22,762 nucleotides of DNA from the NCBI GenBank assembly GCA_030141605.1, contig JAQGDQ010001874.1, forward strand, positions 1 through 22,762. Direction: 5' to 3'. Positions 1-22,762 of the stretch are shown one piece after another. This DNA is from Tubiluchus corallicola. Its lineage: Eukaryota; Animalia; Priapulida. The stretch's first letter is position 1. Each line of letters opens with the position of its first letter. The notes beneath the pieces were generated by a model that searched no databases, had not been told where the DNA came from, and saw nothing but the letters and a program-made list of their open reading frames with translations. Position numbers and translations under genes: made by a program.

Positions 1-450
<450 letters not shown>

Positions 451-919
451 ATTATTTTAGGCTTATTGATCGAAAAGTTAAAGTTGCATACATCTGTATG
501 CAGAATACAAAGAACCTCTATTCGCAGGCGAACATTCAATAGAATAATTAATAACTAATAATTAAATAAATAATTAAGCCTTTGTGTCTTTGTAAAACTT
601 ACGATCACTGCTGTAAAAATTTAAATTACTAATTACTTCAATATATGTTTCAAAGTATATACTATAGCAATTTAGTTAAAAACGTACAGTAAGTGTTTCG
701 ACCCCAGAATAGAAATAGCAGCTACAGCTGCTGTTGTGTACAATCATAAAGTTATGATACAGTTATGATAAGGTAAATTTATATAACATTGGTTGGTAAT
801 ACCACGAAATATTGCTTCGCTATTTCACAGGATAATAAACATGTTTAGCTTTAAACCATAAGCTTTTACACGCGCATATGGATAAATTTTGTTTTTGTGC
901 ACGATGCGCAGTAGGCGAA

Positions 920-971
920 TGTTAAATAAATCTGGATTAAAAAACTGTTAAATAAATCTGGATTAAAAAAC
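920..971. repeat. Perfect 26-bp tandem duplication (TGTTAAATAAATCTGGATTAAAAAAC x2)
   Basis: Identical copies at 920-945 and 946-971. Confidence 0.9.
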
Positions 972-1073
972 TAAAATCTGCAAAATTAGGCCAATCGTCT
1001 AATCTAGACTACAGTAATGAAATTTGCAAAAAAGTCGCGTTTCAAATAGATAAAAGCAGTTAACACACTTGCA

Positions 1074-1115
1074 GGGGTGGGGGGTGGGGGAGGGGGGTCT
1101 GGGGGTTGGGGGTGG
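1074..1115 (+). other. G-run cluster, potential G-quadruplex
   Basis: Six runs of 4-6 G separated by 1-3 nt loops in otherwise AT-rich DNA. Confidence 0.6.
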
Positions 1116-1480
1116 TACAATCATCACAATGTCTTGAAATTGCAGGCTACTGATAAACTTTAGTGTTTTATTTGCACTTACTAGAGTGAATGTTTGACTG
1201 TTTTTCCTGCTCTAAACATATACATGCCATTTCATTTAAATACAAAAAACTTCAGAATTAACCTTGGCGGAGTTTGGCCTAGCAACATCCGTAAGAACAA
1301 AAAAGATCTATTGGAAGAGGATGCTATAATGGAGTTGAGAAAGCGTTCTCAAGAAGAGCAATCAACTCCTGACATATGTCTGATGCCTATAGAATGTTTG
1401 TAGCATGAAGAGCTAAATACCTGTTTCTTGCATATAAAATATTTAACGGAACATTGCCAAAGTCATTGAAGCGATATACA

Positions 1481-2112
1481 AACTGCTTGGTATTGGCTTG
1501 TAGCAGTCAGAAATTCTCGACAAAACTGTTTATGAATTACCATGGGATTACGGATAATGTATATTGTGTTGCTTTCAACCAGATCTGAATCAGACGTTGC
1601 CAGAGGTTTTAGTGCAAATTCGGTTAACGTCAAGTGGAGGCAGCCAACAGATTCGTTTCATCTAGCTCATTCCGTGAAGGAAGGAAATGACATCCCTCAT
1701 GAGTACTAGTTTTCACTGTGTCACAGAAACTATTTAATATCAGATAAGGTTTCAAACATCCACGTAGTTACTGCACATGTTGCAAACTCATGACTTTAAC
1801 AGGCTAGTAAATTATGAGTCTTAATCTTTTGTGCTGCTGCTCTTCCGCTTAATCGACCAGCTATTCCTTGATGGTCTTCAGAAATTAATTGGAAAGTAAC
1901 GTGAGAAGCCATTATTTGCAAGGATAGCTGGGGAGTAACTCTCAAAGCTTTTATCACTTTACGCCCAACACACGACTAGTTTCTACATTTCTAACGATCA
2001 TTTGAGTTTTTTTAAATTTAGCAACATAATAGACATTATCCGTAATCCCATGGTAATTCATAAACAGTTTAGACCAGAATTTCTGGCGGCTACACGGTAA
2101 TACCTAGCTGTT
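1481..2112. mobile_element. Putative non-autonomous DNA transposon / foldback element with 93-bp inverted arms
   Basis: 1481-1573 is the reverse complement of 2020-2112. I count 12 mismatches in 93 bp, with a perfect 38-bp core at 1523-1560/2033-2070. Weaker similarity extends out to TTAA sites at 1443-1446 and 2144-2147. Confidence 0.6.
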
Positions 2113-2600
2113 ATCCTGGGATCGGTTTAAGATTTGTCGCCATTTAAAGCATCACTTTTTTAATTTATCGCAGCGTTATACTGACTGTAGCAGACTTAGC
2201 TTTCTTTTTGTTAATCTTACTTATCGTGCACGAGGCGCCATCTGTGACGTGAATGTAAAGCTTTTGGTTTTGACCAGCTTTTCTGTTTGTTACCTGCTAG
2301 TCACCTGTCTGTGATTACACACCTGTGTCTGAACAGTCAGGTTAAGCCACTTTATGGGAGCTGTTGGACATTTATGTTATGTTGGACATACTGATTATGT
2401 TAATAAAGCATTCAGTGGTATTAACCTCTGTTTACAGTGTTTTCTGTGACTACACTGACCGATCCAGGTGTTTCATTTTTGGTTAAGCTGTCCACAAATA
2501 TAATGGCATCTTCGTCATATTTAAAGGGCAAGAAAGTGGCATTTGTTGAAAAAGTTGAAGCATTGGGGACATAACGTATCCTTGCTGCAGATATTTCTTA

Positions 2601-2724
2601 TGGCAAGTTCAGACGTAGAAACTTTTCTTCTCGCAACTTGTTGGAACGTGTGAACGGCTTGGCAACTTCTCTCGGAGAAAAGTTGCGCAACAAGTTGTAA
2701 GTTGCTATACGTTTGAAAGCGCCA
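2601..2724. mobile_element. PIF/Harbinger (Tourist-like) MITE, degenerate
   Basis: Imperfect TIRs: TGGCAAGTTCAGACGTAGAAACTT versus reverse-complement TGGCGCTTTCAAACGTATAGCAACTT. Flanked by TTA/TTG, a TWA-type TSD with one mismatch. Contains an internal CGTGTGAAC TIR-like motif and inverted CAACTTGTTG/CAACAAGTTG. Confidence 0.5.
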
Positions 2725-2783
2725 TTGCGATAGTATTCGTGTGAAGTGCAATAAACGTTGACACACTGTTTTCGTTTACAAAG

Positions 2784-2887
<104 letters not shown>

Positions 2888-3155
2888 CGAGGTAGGAGAA
2901 TAAATAAATAAATAAAGCTTTACATGATGTTTACATAACGTATATCCCTGAAATTAAACCATAGCAGTGTAAGTCAGTTCCTGTCAAAATTCATCACATA
3001 AATTGTAAATAGGGATTGGGATAAAAGTGTGTATTATTGATGAAGTGGTATTTATGTGTCGTAATAAAATATGAAGGAGTATGATAAATTTTGGGACGAG
3101 AGCTACACGTCTGATACACGTGTATGATACAAAGTATATGCATACTTTTTTGAAA

Positions 3156-3334
3156 AACAATAACGATAATGTCTTTACAATCATATTTACACGTAATATT
3201 TACATATTTAACTAAAAGATTAAGCAAGCGTTTTCAGACAAACTAGTATGTTTGATTAATTTTTTTACACATATTTAGTGAAAATATGTAAATATACGCG
3301 TAGGTATGATTGAAAAGACATTATCATTAGTGTT
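3156..3334. repeat. ~60-bp imperfect inverted repeat (MITE-like hairpin)
   Basis: 3156-3216 (AACAATAACGATAATGTCTTTACAATCATATTTAC...) pairs with 3274-3334 (...GTATGATTGAAAAGACATTATCATTAGTGTT) across a ~57-bp spacer. Confidence 0.7.
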
Positions 3335-3508
3335 ATCGTTTTTTATAGTTATTGAATACTTTTAATGCATTTTAGGTAATGATCAAATGCATCTTACAAA
3401 TAAAATATGTTGCATTTCGTGAAATACATGTTAGGCTTATTATTAGGCTTCACTCTATAATATATATGTATATTTTGTATGTATCACAGGTGTCATTTTT
3501 AGTTACAG

Positions 3509-3705
3509 GTGTTAAATCGACAGTGATTCCGCACACTGACGTTCACAATCACACAGAGCAGAGTAGCAAACACAGATACAACACCGAGGGTCATCTAATC
3601 TCTGAACTGCTGGATAACCATCACCCTTTAGCGCTGCCAGCGCAAGTTGTGTCAGAGCCAATTGTTGTGGAACTGAGCATGATGCTGACAAACCTGATGG
3701 AAATT
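3509..3705 (+). CDS. nAChR-like exon: N-terminal helix and beta1
   Basis: Encodes (G)VKSTVIPH...EGHLISELLDNHHPLALP...VELSMMLTNLMEI, followed by donor GTAAGT at 3706. The 5' boundary is uncertain: acceptors would start the exon at 3490, 3503 or 3509, or translation may start at an upstream in-frame ATG. Confidence 0.8.
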
Positions 3706-6700
3706 GTAAGTACAGAAAGTGAAAACGACAACCGTATTATTAGTGACTATAATACTGCATTACTCTTTGTGTACATTAGTAGTCGTATTACATTCTCATG
3801 TTGGATTATCAATTGTTACCCGCTTGCTGACCTGTTTGCAAGTTGCTGCCAGGTGAGCCAGTGACCACTGGCTGATGTCTTGCATCAGAGACATTGGGTT
3901 ATAGGTAAGTGACAGCTTTCCTACTGATGACTGATCCATAGTGAAAAAATGCAGCGCCGAGTGGAAGAGCATTTTTAGATCATTGTTTTCTGCGTGACTC
4001 ATAATTGTGACAGCTGATTGGATGCGCCAGCTATGTTGATATTAATGCTGCGCTTGCACGGCAGAAATTAGCATTCAAATCTATTATTGCAACTGACTGA
4101 GTGCTAGATTTCAGCATCCAAAGGAAACTAAAAAAGAAAACTCGCTTATATCTTTTGTTCTAACGGCAGTTTCACACTAGAGAGTTTTTTCTCGCCAAGT
4201 AACTCGCAAGCATAATCAGAGAGTTAGCAATTTCTTTCCGACAGTTACTCACAAAACAGTTCGCACTAGCGTTGCGTTTGCTATCAAACAGAAAAAAGCT
4301 GGTTTACTAGAACACAAAGTTAGAACAAAGAATCACGATAATAACAAAATAATGCACTGTAAATCCCTTTATCACATTTTTATTAATATTAGTACAATAC
4401 ATTTTTATGTTATTATAGTCAATTTTTATTATTTTATACCAGGATGAGACCAAGCAAATAATGCATACTAAAGCCAGAGTAAGACAGGTGAGATAAAATC
4501 GTAAATTCTTCTTTTCTGCAACCATGAATTTAATTTTTACGAGCTGTAAGCAGTAGAGGTAGAATATAATTTAATATAATAAATTTACAAGGTGTTTTGT
4601 GTACGTGTAGAAAAATACGTTACAATTAAGACCGTTAAAAGAGTCATCATTACAGTAAGTGATGTATTGATTTAGAAATATCTAAATAACCACAAAGTTT
4701 TTAAATTATGTATTTGATCATTATTTACCTTTAAAGAGATGGAAAAACGCTCAACTTTCGTGGAATCCCGATGATTATGAAGGAATAGAAAAGATCTCTC
4801 TGCCGAGTGACAAAATATGGAAACCAGATCTTTACATACTTAACAAGTAAGCAAACAATTTAGTGAATACTAACCTTTTTTAAATCAATTCCTCTTTACA
4901 TCTTTAACATCCTTCTTTGAAATCAATCTCATTTTTTAAAACATCACTAAATTCGTTTGTCATTTCTTAAAGAATCATGCCTGACATATAAGATGGACAT
5001 TTTTCCAGTGGATAATATCTATCAGTTTTTTTGCTCCTTCCCAACTAATCACCACGAACATCATCACGATTGTAAACTTGCATAATTTAATTTGTTGAAT
5101 TATCAAAAGACATCTGACAAAAAACAATCATGACAAATTTTATCCACACGTATAAAAGACAGAATACAAACTAGAGACAAAATCCAACTATTATGTGTAT
5201 ATAATGGATCAAGCATATTAGAATACTGACGCAGTTTATTAACGATGCATACAGCATACACACACACACGCACGCACGCACGCACGCGCACACACACACA
5301 TGTACACAGACACATGCACGTATGCAGGCACACACATCATATACTTATATAATATACAATGTATTGCAATACACTGACAATACTGTAACACTTGTAATAT
5401 TGCAATATGCTGTAACACTTGTAGCAGATTTCAATATCATTACTAAGCATTATAAAAGAAAATTTTTCATTTTCGTAATTTATTTCGGAAAAAAGACGGA
5501 ATAAAATTACAACATCATGGTAAAATTCTTACCTCTTTAATGCACATTTTGGGTATTTTATTGTTAAACGCATTTCTTCTTATTGGTTTGGAACAATTGC
5601 AAACACGTTCATTTAACGGGATCTTTTGAGGTTTATGGTAACAGCCAGTTTCAATAACAAATTTACATGCACTTATTCTGAATTTTGTAAACATTGCTAT
5701 AGATTTTATCCTGTATATATTGACAACAACGCCATGTTATTATCAATTGCAAAAGTTGTTTTTTATTTTTGTAACGTTACTGCAATTATGATTTCCAAGA
5801 ACAGTCGAACAAGAAAGTGAAGAGGGTCTTTGACTTCTTTTCAGTGCCCATCCAGACTGGCAACACTTTGCTCCAGTGCCATTGCGATTGCGCTACGATG
5901 GCATCATTTACTATTCTGCACCGACAGAGATGATCACTTTCTGCGAGTTGGATTTATCCGACTTTCCTTTTGACTCACAGACTTGCCACATACAGATCGG
6001 TTCTTGGATGGAAGGAAAAGAGAGAATCGACGTGCGGCTGTACAACAACGTGTCCGTGATTGATGTGAGCTATGCAGCATTGAGCGCAGAGTGGGACTTT
6101 AAAGCCACAGAAGCGAGGCGAAAAGTGGAAACAGTTGCCTCGGGATCTTATGCTGAAATTACGTTCACCTTAACTGTTAGGCGCAAGAGTGGTTTCTATA
6201 AGTATAATTTTATAATTCCAGTTATTATAGTGCAGGCAGTAACTCTGATGGTATTTTGGTTACCCGTTGATAGCCAGGAGAAGATAACATTGTCAGTAGG
6301 AGCTCTAGTGGCGCTTACAGTTCTAAATGTGGACATTAGTGTAAAAATACCGCCACTATCAGGTCGCCACATTCCAGCTGTCTGTAAGTATATACAGGAC
6401 CTGGTGTCAACACATATATGTGTAGGCTATATAAACACATGTATATATCTGTACATAGGTATACATGAATTGTATTACATCCAGCAACTCTCCTCTTACC
6501 CCCCCCCCCCAGAAAAGAACTACACTTTTAGCATTCTCATCGGATTATGTCACACTACATAGCAATTCTTGCTGCTTTCGCACTGAGCTAACTGTTCCTG
6601 TAGGGGGGGGGGGAGACGTTTTTCACTAGTTGAATTCTGTTTTAATGTTTTGCTAGTCGACGTTTACGCTTCTTATACTTATTCTACCAGTCTAATGTAA

Positions 6701-7159
6701 TCTGTTTCTTTTTTTTCAGTAAAATTCTACGCATTTACCTTTATTATGGTCACAGTTGCCGTAGGAGCAAGTGTTATAGTACTAGGTCTCCATCATCGTA
6801 GACCTCGACGACACATTCGCCATCTACCAGCATGGGTGAAAACTATATTCCTAAATGGACTAGGACGTCTTTGCCGAGTGGCGCCACCTTCAATGTTTGG
6901 CACTGGTGGACGATTACGACTAGGTGATCATGGAGAAACAGATCATTATGAGGGTGATGGAATGCGAGATATGTCAAATAAAGACCCTGGATCAGTGAAC
7001 GATGAACATCTTAGAGAAATAATTGCTCATCAGCTTAGAGAAGATGCTATAAATGAGGCTCTAGAACAATGGGCACTTCTCGGTGTGATTATAGATAGAT
7101 GTTTTTTTGTTGTTTATTTTTGTTGCTTTGTTATTGGTTGGATCGTCGTTACAAAATAG
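3509..7159 (+). CDS. Cys-loop ligand-gated ion channel subunit, nAChR-like non-alpha (spliced: 3509-3705, 4443-4487, 4737-4846, 5845-6383, 6720-7159; start exon unresolved)
   Basis: Five GT-AG exons join in frame to ~443 codons with no internal stop. Motifs seen: EGHLISELL N-terminal helix, WNPDDY...WKPDLY, Cys-loop CELDLSDFPFDSQTC, GSW, EW, RR before M1, FWLPVDSQEKITL (M1-M2), M3, HHR..LPAWV (MX helix) and EQWALLGVIIDR followed by M4. Confidence 0.93.
4443..4487 (+). CDS. nAChR-like 45-nt exon (DETKQIMHTKARVRQ, loop D region)
   Basis: Acceptor TTTTATACCAG and donor GTGAGA. Aligns to the DEKNQxLTTxxWLxQ exon typical of nAChR genes. Missed by the ORF track. Confidence 0.9.
4737..4846 (+). CDS. 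nAChR-like 110-nt exon (RWKNAQLSWNPDDYEGIEKISLPSDKIWKPDLYILN)
   Basis: Acceptor CTTTAAAG and donor GTAAGC. Carries the hallmark W-x-P-x-D-Y and IW-x-PD motifs. Missed by the ORF track. Confidence 0.95.
5258..5336. repeat. Compound (CA)n/(CGCA)n microsatellite, intronic
   Basis: Read directly from the sequence. Confidence 0.85.
5845..6383 (+). CDS. nAChR-like exon: Cys-loop, loops B/C, M1, M2, M2-M3 loop
   Basis: Acceptor TTCTTTTCAG, phase 2 in and phase 1 out, donor GTAAGT at 6384. Cys codons at 5942 and 5984 are separated by 13 residues. Confidence 0.95.
6720..7159 (+). CDS. nAChR-like terminal exon: M3, short intracellular loop, M4
   Basis: Polypyrimidine tract plus CAG at 6717-6719. Encodes LKFYAFTFIMVTVAVGASVIVLGLHHR...IIDRCFFVVYFCCFVIGWIVVTK*. 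Confidence 0.93.
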
Positions 7160-8962
7160 CAAGTAGATCAATTATTTGTTTGTGATATTTTACAGTTCGT
7201 ATTGATAAAATAATTTAAGTCTGTAGACGATTGATGTAGCTTTAAGAGGTAATTGAACTGGAAAATCTCTTCAGAACTTTAGATACACGGAAGTTCACAA
7301 AAGTTTTTTCATTGCACTGCAAATAGTCATGACAGGGCAAAATTAGAATATACAGTATCACTGAAAGTATGCAAGTGTTTGGAGCAGCATAAACCACACA
7401 TATTTTTGTATTCATCATCTGAAGATACAACATTCTTGATTCAATTATGGGTGTTTTTTAACTTTCTAAATTTCATTAAATGCAGTTCGTTTTTGGAACC
7501 ATATGTTTAAAATACCATAAAAACGATTAAAAACTATCGCTAGGAAGGGCTTATCAAAAGTAAGTGTGAACTGATAGTGAACTTCCATCACACTGAATCT
7601 GCACATTAAAGATACTGCTGTAAAACTATACTGCAAGTGATATTTGATGTTTTATACGTTCTCGTTTCTGAAATCTAAATATTCCAAATGTTTTATTTGT
7701 GGAATCGAAATAAATGAAAACACGATTGATAATTTCCTTTTCCGGTCACAAAAACTTGATGTTTGGGCAAATATCTAGACGTGAATGAATACAATTATGA
7801 GGAACTGGTCGTCTAAACATTGTTTTAGATTAAATATTTGTTGTCATACGTACAGAAGCAATCTGGTCAGCGCTCTGTTGATTATCTGCACCTCTTTCAT
7901 TATAATTTTATTTGATCCACTAAATTGTTGTTAAATAAGTGGACACATTAAGCTAAAAAGACAATAGCACTGTGCGTGAAACTCGTGGCTTTCTGTTTGC
8001 AAAATTAGTTGATAGTATATTAAAAAGTGTTGATATCAAAGAAAATATCAAGGTGATAGGTTAAAAATAGCTTGAACAGTTGTAGTCTTTTTTCACTGTC
8101 TACAACAAGGACGATGATACGTGACAGGACTGATCCTTTGCATCTCATTCCTGGATGTGTCCAACAATTTTCAGCTATGAATCTAGCTAGGCAAACGACG
8201 CCTTGCAAAAAAGGAAAGTGATACTTACCGTAGCAATACCTGGAGCTACGGTAAGCTAACGTGTTACTGAAAAGCAGTTATTTTTCAATGTGTCTGTTTA
8301 CGCACTTTCGTGTCAGGTATACTTTTTGTAGTGGATTCACTTGATTGTAGCTGTCTCAGTATCAAAGATAATCGTCCGATAAGATAAGATGAATCGGAAG
8401 AAGCAGATTAGCCACGGGTAACATTTAAATATTTTATTTAGATATTAGTAATAGCTCATAAGTTCTCGAACCCTCGGATGTTACACAGAACAATGCAGTT
8501 TAGTTAGCTCATAACTGCAGTCTGGTTACAAAACAAAATATAGGAAACTATGTAGGCCTACACAATGTTTATAGAGCATATAATTACTACCATCCAAAAC
8601 GAAAAACAGTAAAACTAAATTCATAATATTATCTCAAGGTAAATATGTTGCTAATGTATCATCTATGATACCAAAAGTTGCTTATCAAAATATTAAAATT
8701 GAATGTTTAAAGTTCTTGGTAAAGGGAAAAATGCACAACTATATGAAAGCTGAAGTAAAACTTATGTTACACGTATTTGTACTTTTGCATATGTGTATTG
8801 ACTATTACAGCATACTTTTACTTATGGCAGGTACAGAGTGCTTGCTACCAAATTGCTAGCTGTGCAGTTTATTATCAAATAATTGCTCATCCCTTGGTAA
8901 GATGTTGCCTACTTTAATACACATTTGTAATACAACAGCTCTTTTCTTAAACCACTTATTCG

Positions 8963-8968
8963 TTTATT
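8963..8968 (-). other. Candidate polyadenylation signal of HAAO (AATAAA)
   Basis: TTTATT on the + strand, ~155 nt downstream of the HAAO stop. A second copy lies at 8868-8873. Such hexamers are common in AT-rich DNA. Confidence 0.35.
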
Positions 8969-9123
8969 AAAATTATACACCGATTGGTATTGTTATATTT
9001 CATTAACACAAGCCAACAGTTATTGAAATGCGGTTAACTAATAAACGTACATTATGCATAATTGCAGTTCCGTGTTATCATGTGCATCAAAATGCGCCCC
9101 AAGAATGACTGTTTTGCTCTTTC

Positions 9124-21260
<12,137 letters not shown>

Positions 21261-22726
21261 CTAAAGTGATTTAAAAGACACACAATACTAGATGATGTGA
21301 TCAACTGGTTGCCTGACTGTTTTTTTATTAGCAGTGTTTTAACTTTATTTATGATTCTTTAACATATGTTACATGTTTATAACTCTTTCAAAAGGAATAT
21401 TTTATCAATGCATGGAGCCTGTTATCGGACAGAAAAACGTTGTGAAAGGTTGCGAAATATTTGCACACACGTACACCACTATTCAATAACAAGAAAGCCT
21501 TTTGTTTGGGATACTGAAAATCATGTTGTAACAAGCTGATTATTATTTATCAATTATTTTTGGCATAATGACTATCTTGTAGAAATATATAAACTATTAG
21601 CTGGTCCTACGCTGCTGGCTACTGTTACAAGCTTATGATAGAGCTACAGCTTGGTGATCGCTGATGGTGAAGCATGGATTAATGTGTTGGCTTTAAGCAG
21701 TGACTCATGTTAAACCTTCGGGAGTTTAACTTACGAACTAATGGTGGTAATGGCTAAACTAATTAGTCTTCATAAATACGCTGCTCATGTCATGTGCTGC
21801 TGAATGCTGAGTTCACACTGGACTGTGTTCTGCATGACAACTTTCATCTCCGACAACTGGAAATGACTCTTTAATGTTATGTTCTAGTGCAGAAGTTTAC
21901 TCATCTGAAAACTGTGTGTGAGACTGATATGCCAAGCAGTAGCCAGCTCCCCTTTGTTTTAGGCTAACCTGATTGTATTTTTGATATTTGCCGATTGGTA
22001 TGTTGTTTATTGTTGTTCAAATAAGTATGCAAACTTTATTTCACTGTTTTTGCTTTCTCATTAACATTACTATCACAGAAAGGATTGATAACATAAAGAA
22101 AAACTGAAGTGTGTTTCAAAGTCAGAATTATTTATTAATGCTAAAATCCCATGGTTGATCCCTGGTCTCCATGTTCTGACCCCCGTAGTACCACCAGCCT
22201 TAACGCTCGCGGCATGAAGATTTAGGATTAACAAACCTAAAGTCACTTTGAAGATTTTGTCCATGTATTATTTACGTATATCAAGTAAAGTTTTTGCCCA
22301 AGACCAGAGCTATCTTGTTACACATGTGAAAAACATTAGTAGGCCTACCTTGCACTTTTGAGGTCTTACAAAAAATACTGCACAATTATCTCTTAATTTT
22401 AGCATTTTTTTATCCTGTTAAAAATTTTGCACCTTATAACTTAACAACATTAAAGCTACAAACTGTTAGTGGAGTCATCACGAGGTATACAACGTGACAG
22501 TGACGATGCACGTCATGTGCACAATAATTTTATTAAGTTAGCAAAAACTTAAAAAGGAATAACAAAAACAGAGATTTATGAAGCAATATCCAGTTTCAAG
22601 TACGCTTTAACGGGTGAATATAATATTATAAACATGAATGCTATTATAAATGTAAATACATGTTATAATAAATGCTGTAAATATAATGAGAACTAAACTT
22701 GGTGCTTTTCTATTAAAATTTTATAA

Positions 22727-22762
<36 letters not shown>
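22727..22762. repeat. (ATT)n microsatellite running off the window end
   Basis: Read directly from the sequence. Confidence 0.9.

Noticed and set aside
1480-1710. P-element/THAP9-like transposase fragment inside the inverted-repeat element
   Set aside because: The resemblance is vague, requires frameshifts and shows no clear catalytic motif.
2243-2496. Solo LTR (TG...AATAAA...CA)
   Set aside because: There is no target-site duplication, PBS/PPT or second copy in the window.
6384-6562. ORF-track extension of the receptor (CKYIQDL...CHTT)
   Set aside because: This is read-through into the intron past the GTAAGT donor. M3 continues in the exon starting at 6720.
21261-22762. HAAO 5' exons (PPVCN, GGPN-R-D-Y-H, FYQ..GDM)
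   Set aside because: I could not find these motifs in the window, and the 22073-22264 ORF does not match them. They presumably lie beyond position 22762.

Overview
AT-rich, intron-containing animal (invertebrate-like) genomic DNA. It holds two convergent spliced genes that the ORF track shows only in fragments. (1) On the + strand is a divergent Cys-loop ligand-gated ion channel subunit of the nicotinic acetylcholine receptor (nAChR)-like, non-alpha type. Its exons are about 3509-3705, 4443-4487, 4737-4846, 5845-6383 and 6720-7159, and its start/signal-peptide exon is unresolved. It keeps the Cys-loop and a cation-type -1' Glu but has lost most canonical acetylcholine-binding residues and the 9' Leu gate. 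(2) On the - strand is 3-hydroxyanthranilate 3,4-dioxygenase (HAAO). I rebuilt it from seven phase-compatible GT-AG exons (21260-21154, 20770-20681, 19392-19349, 15834-15689, 13442-13377, 11981-11899, 9193-9124), and its 5' exons lie beyond the window. HAAO introns carry an internally deleted, dead CR1/L2/Crack-group LINE with both ends and a candidate 10-bp TSD (15945-19193), a 45-bp x ~20.6 minisatellite (14610-15537) and a ~730-bp (GA)n/(GT)n tract. Upstream of the receptor gene are several inverted-repeat (MITE-like) elements and GA microsatellites. There is no CRISPR array, RNA gene or prokaryote-type system. The best candidate for new biology is the orphan nAChR-like receptor.
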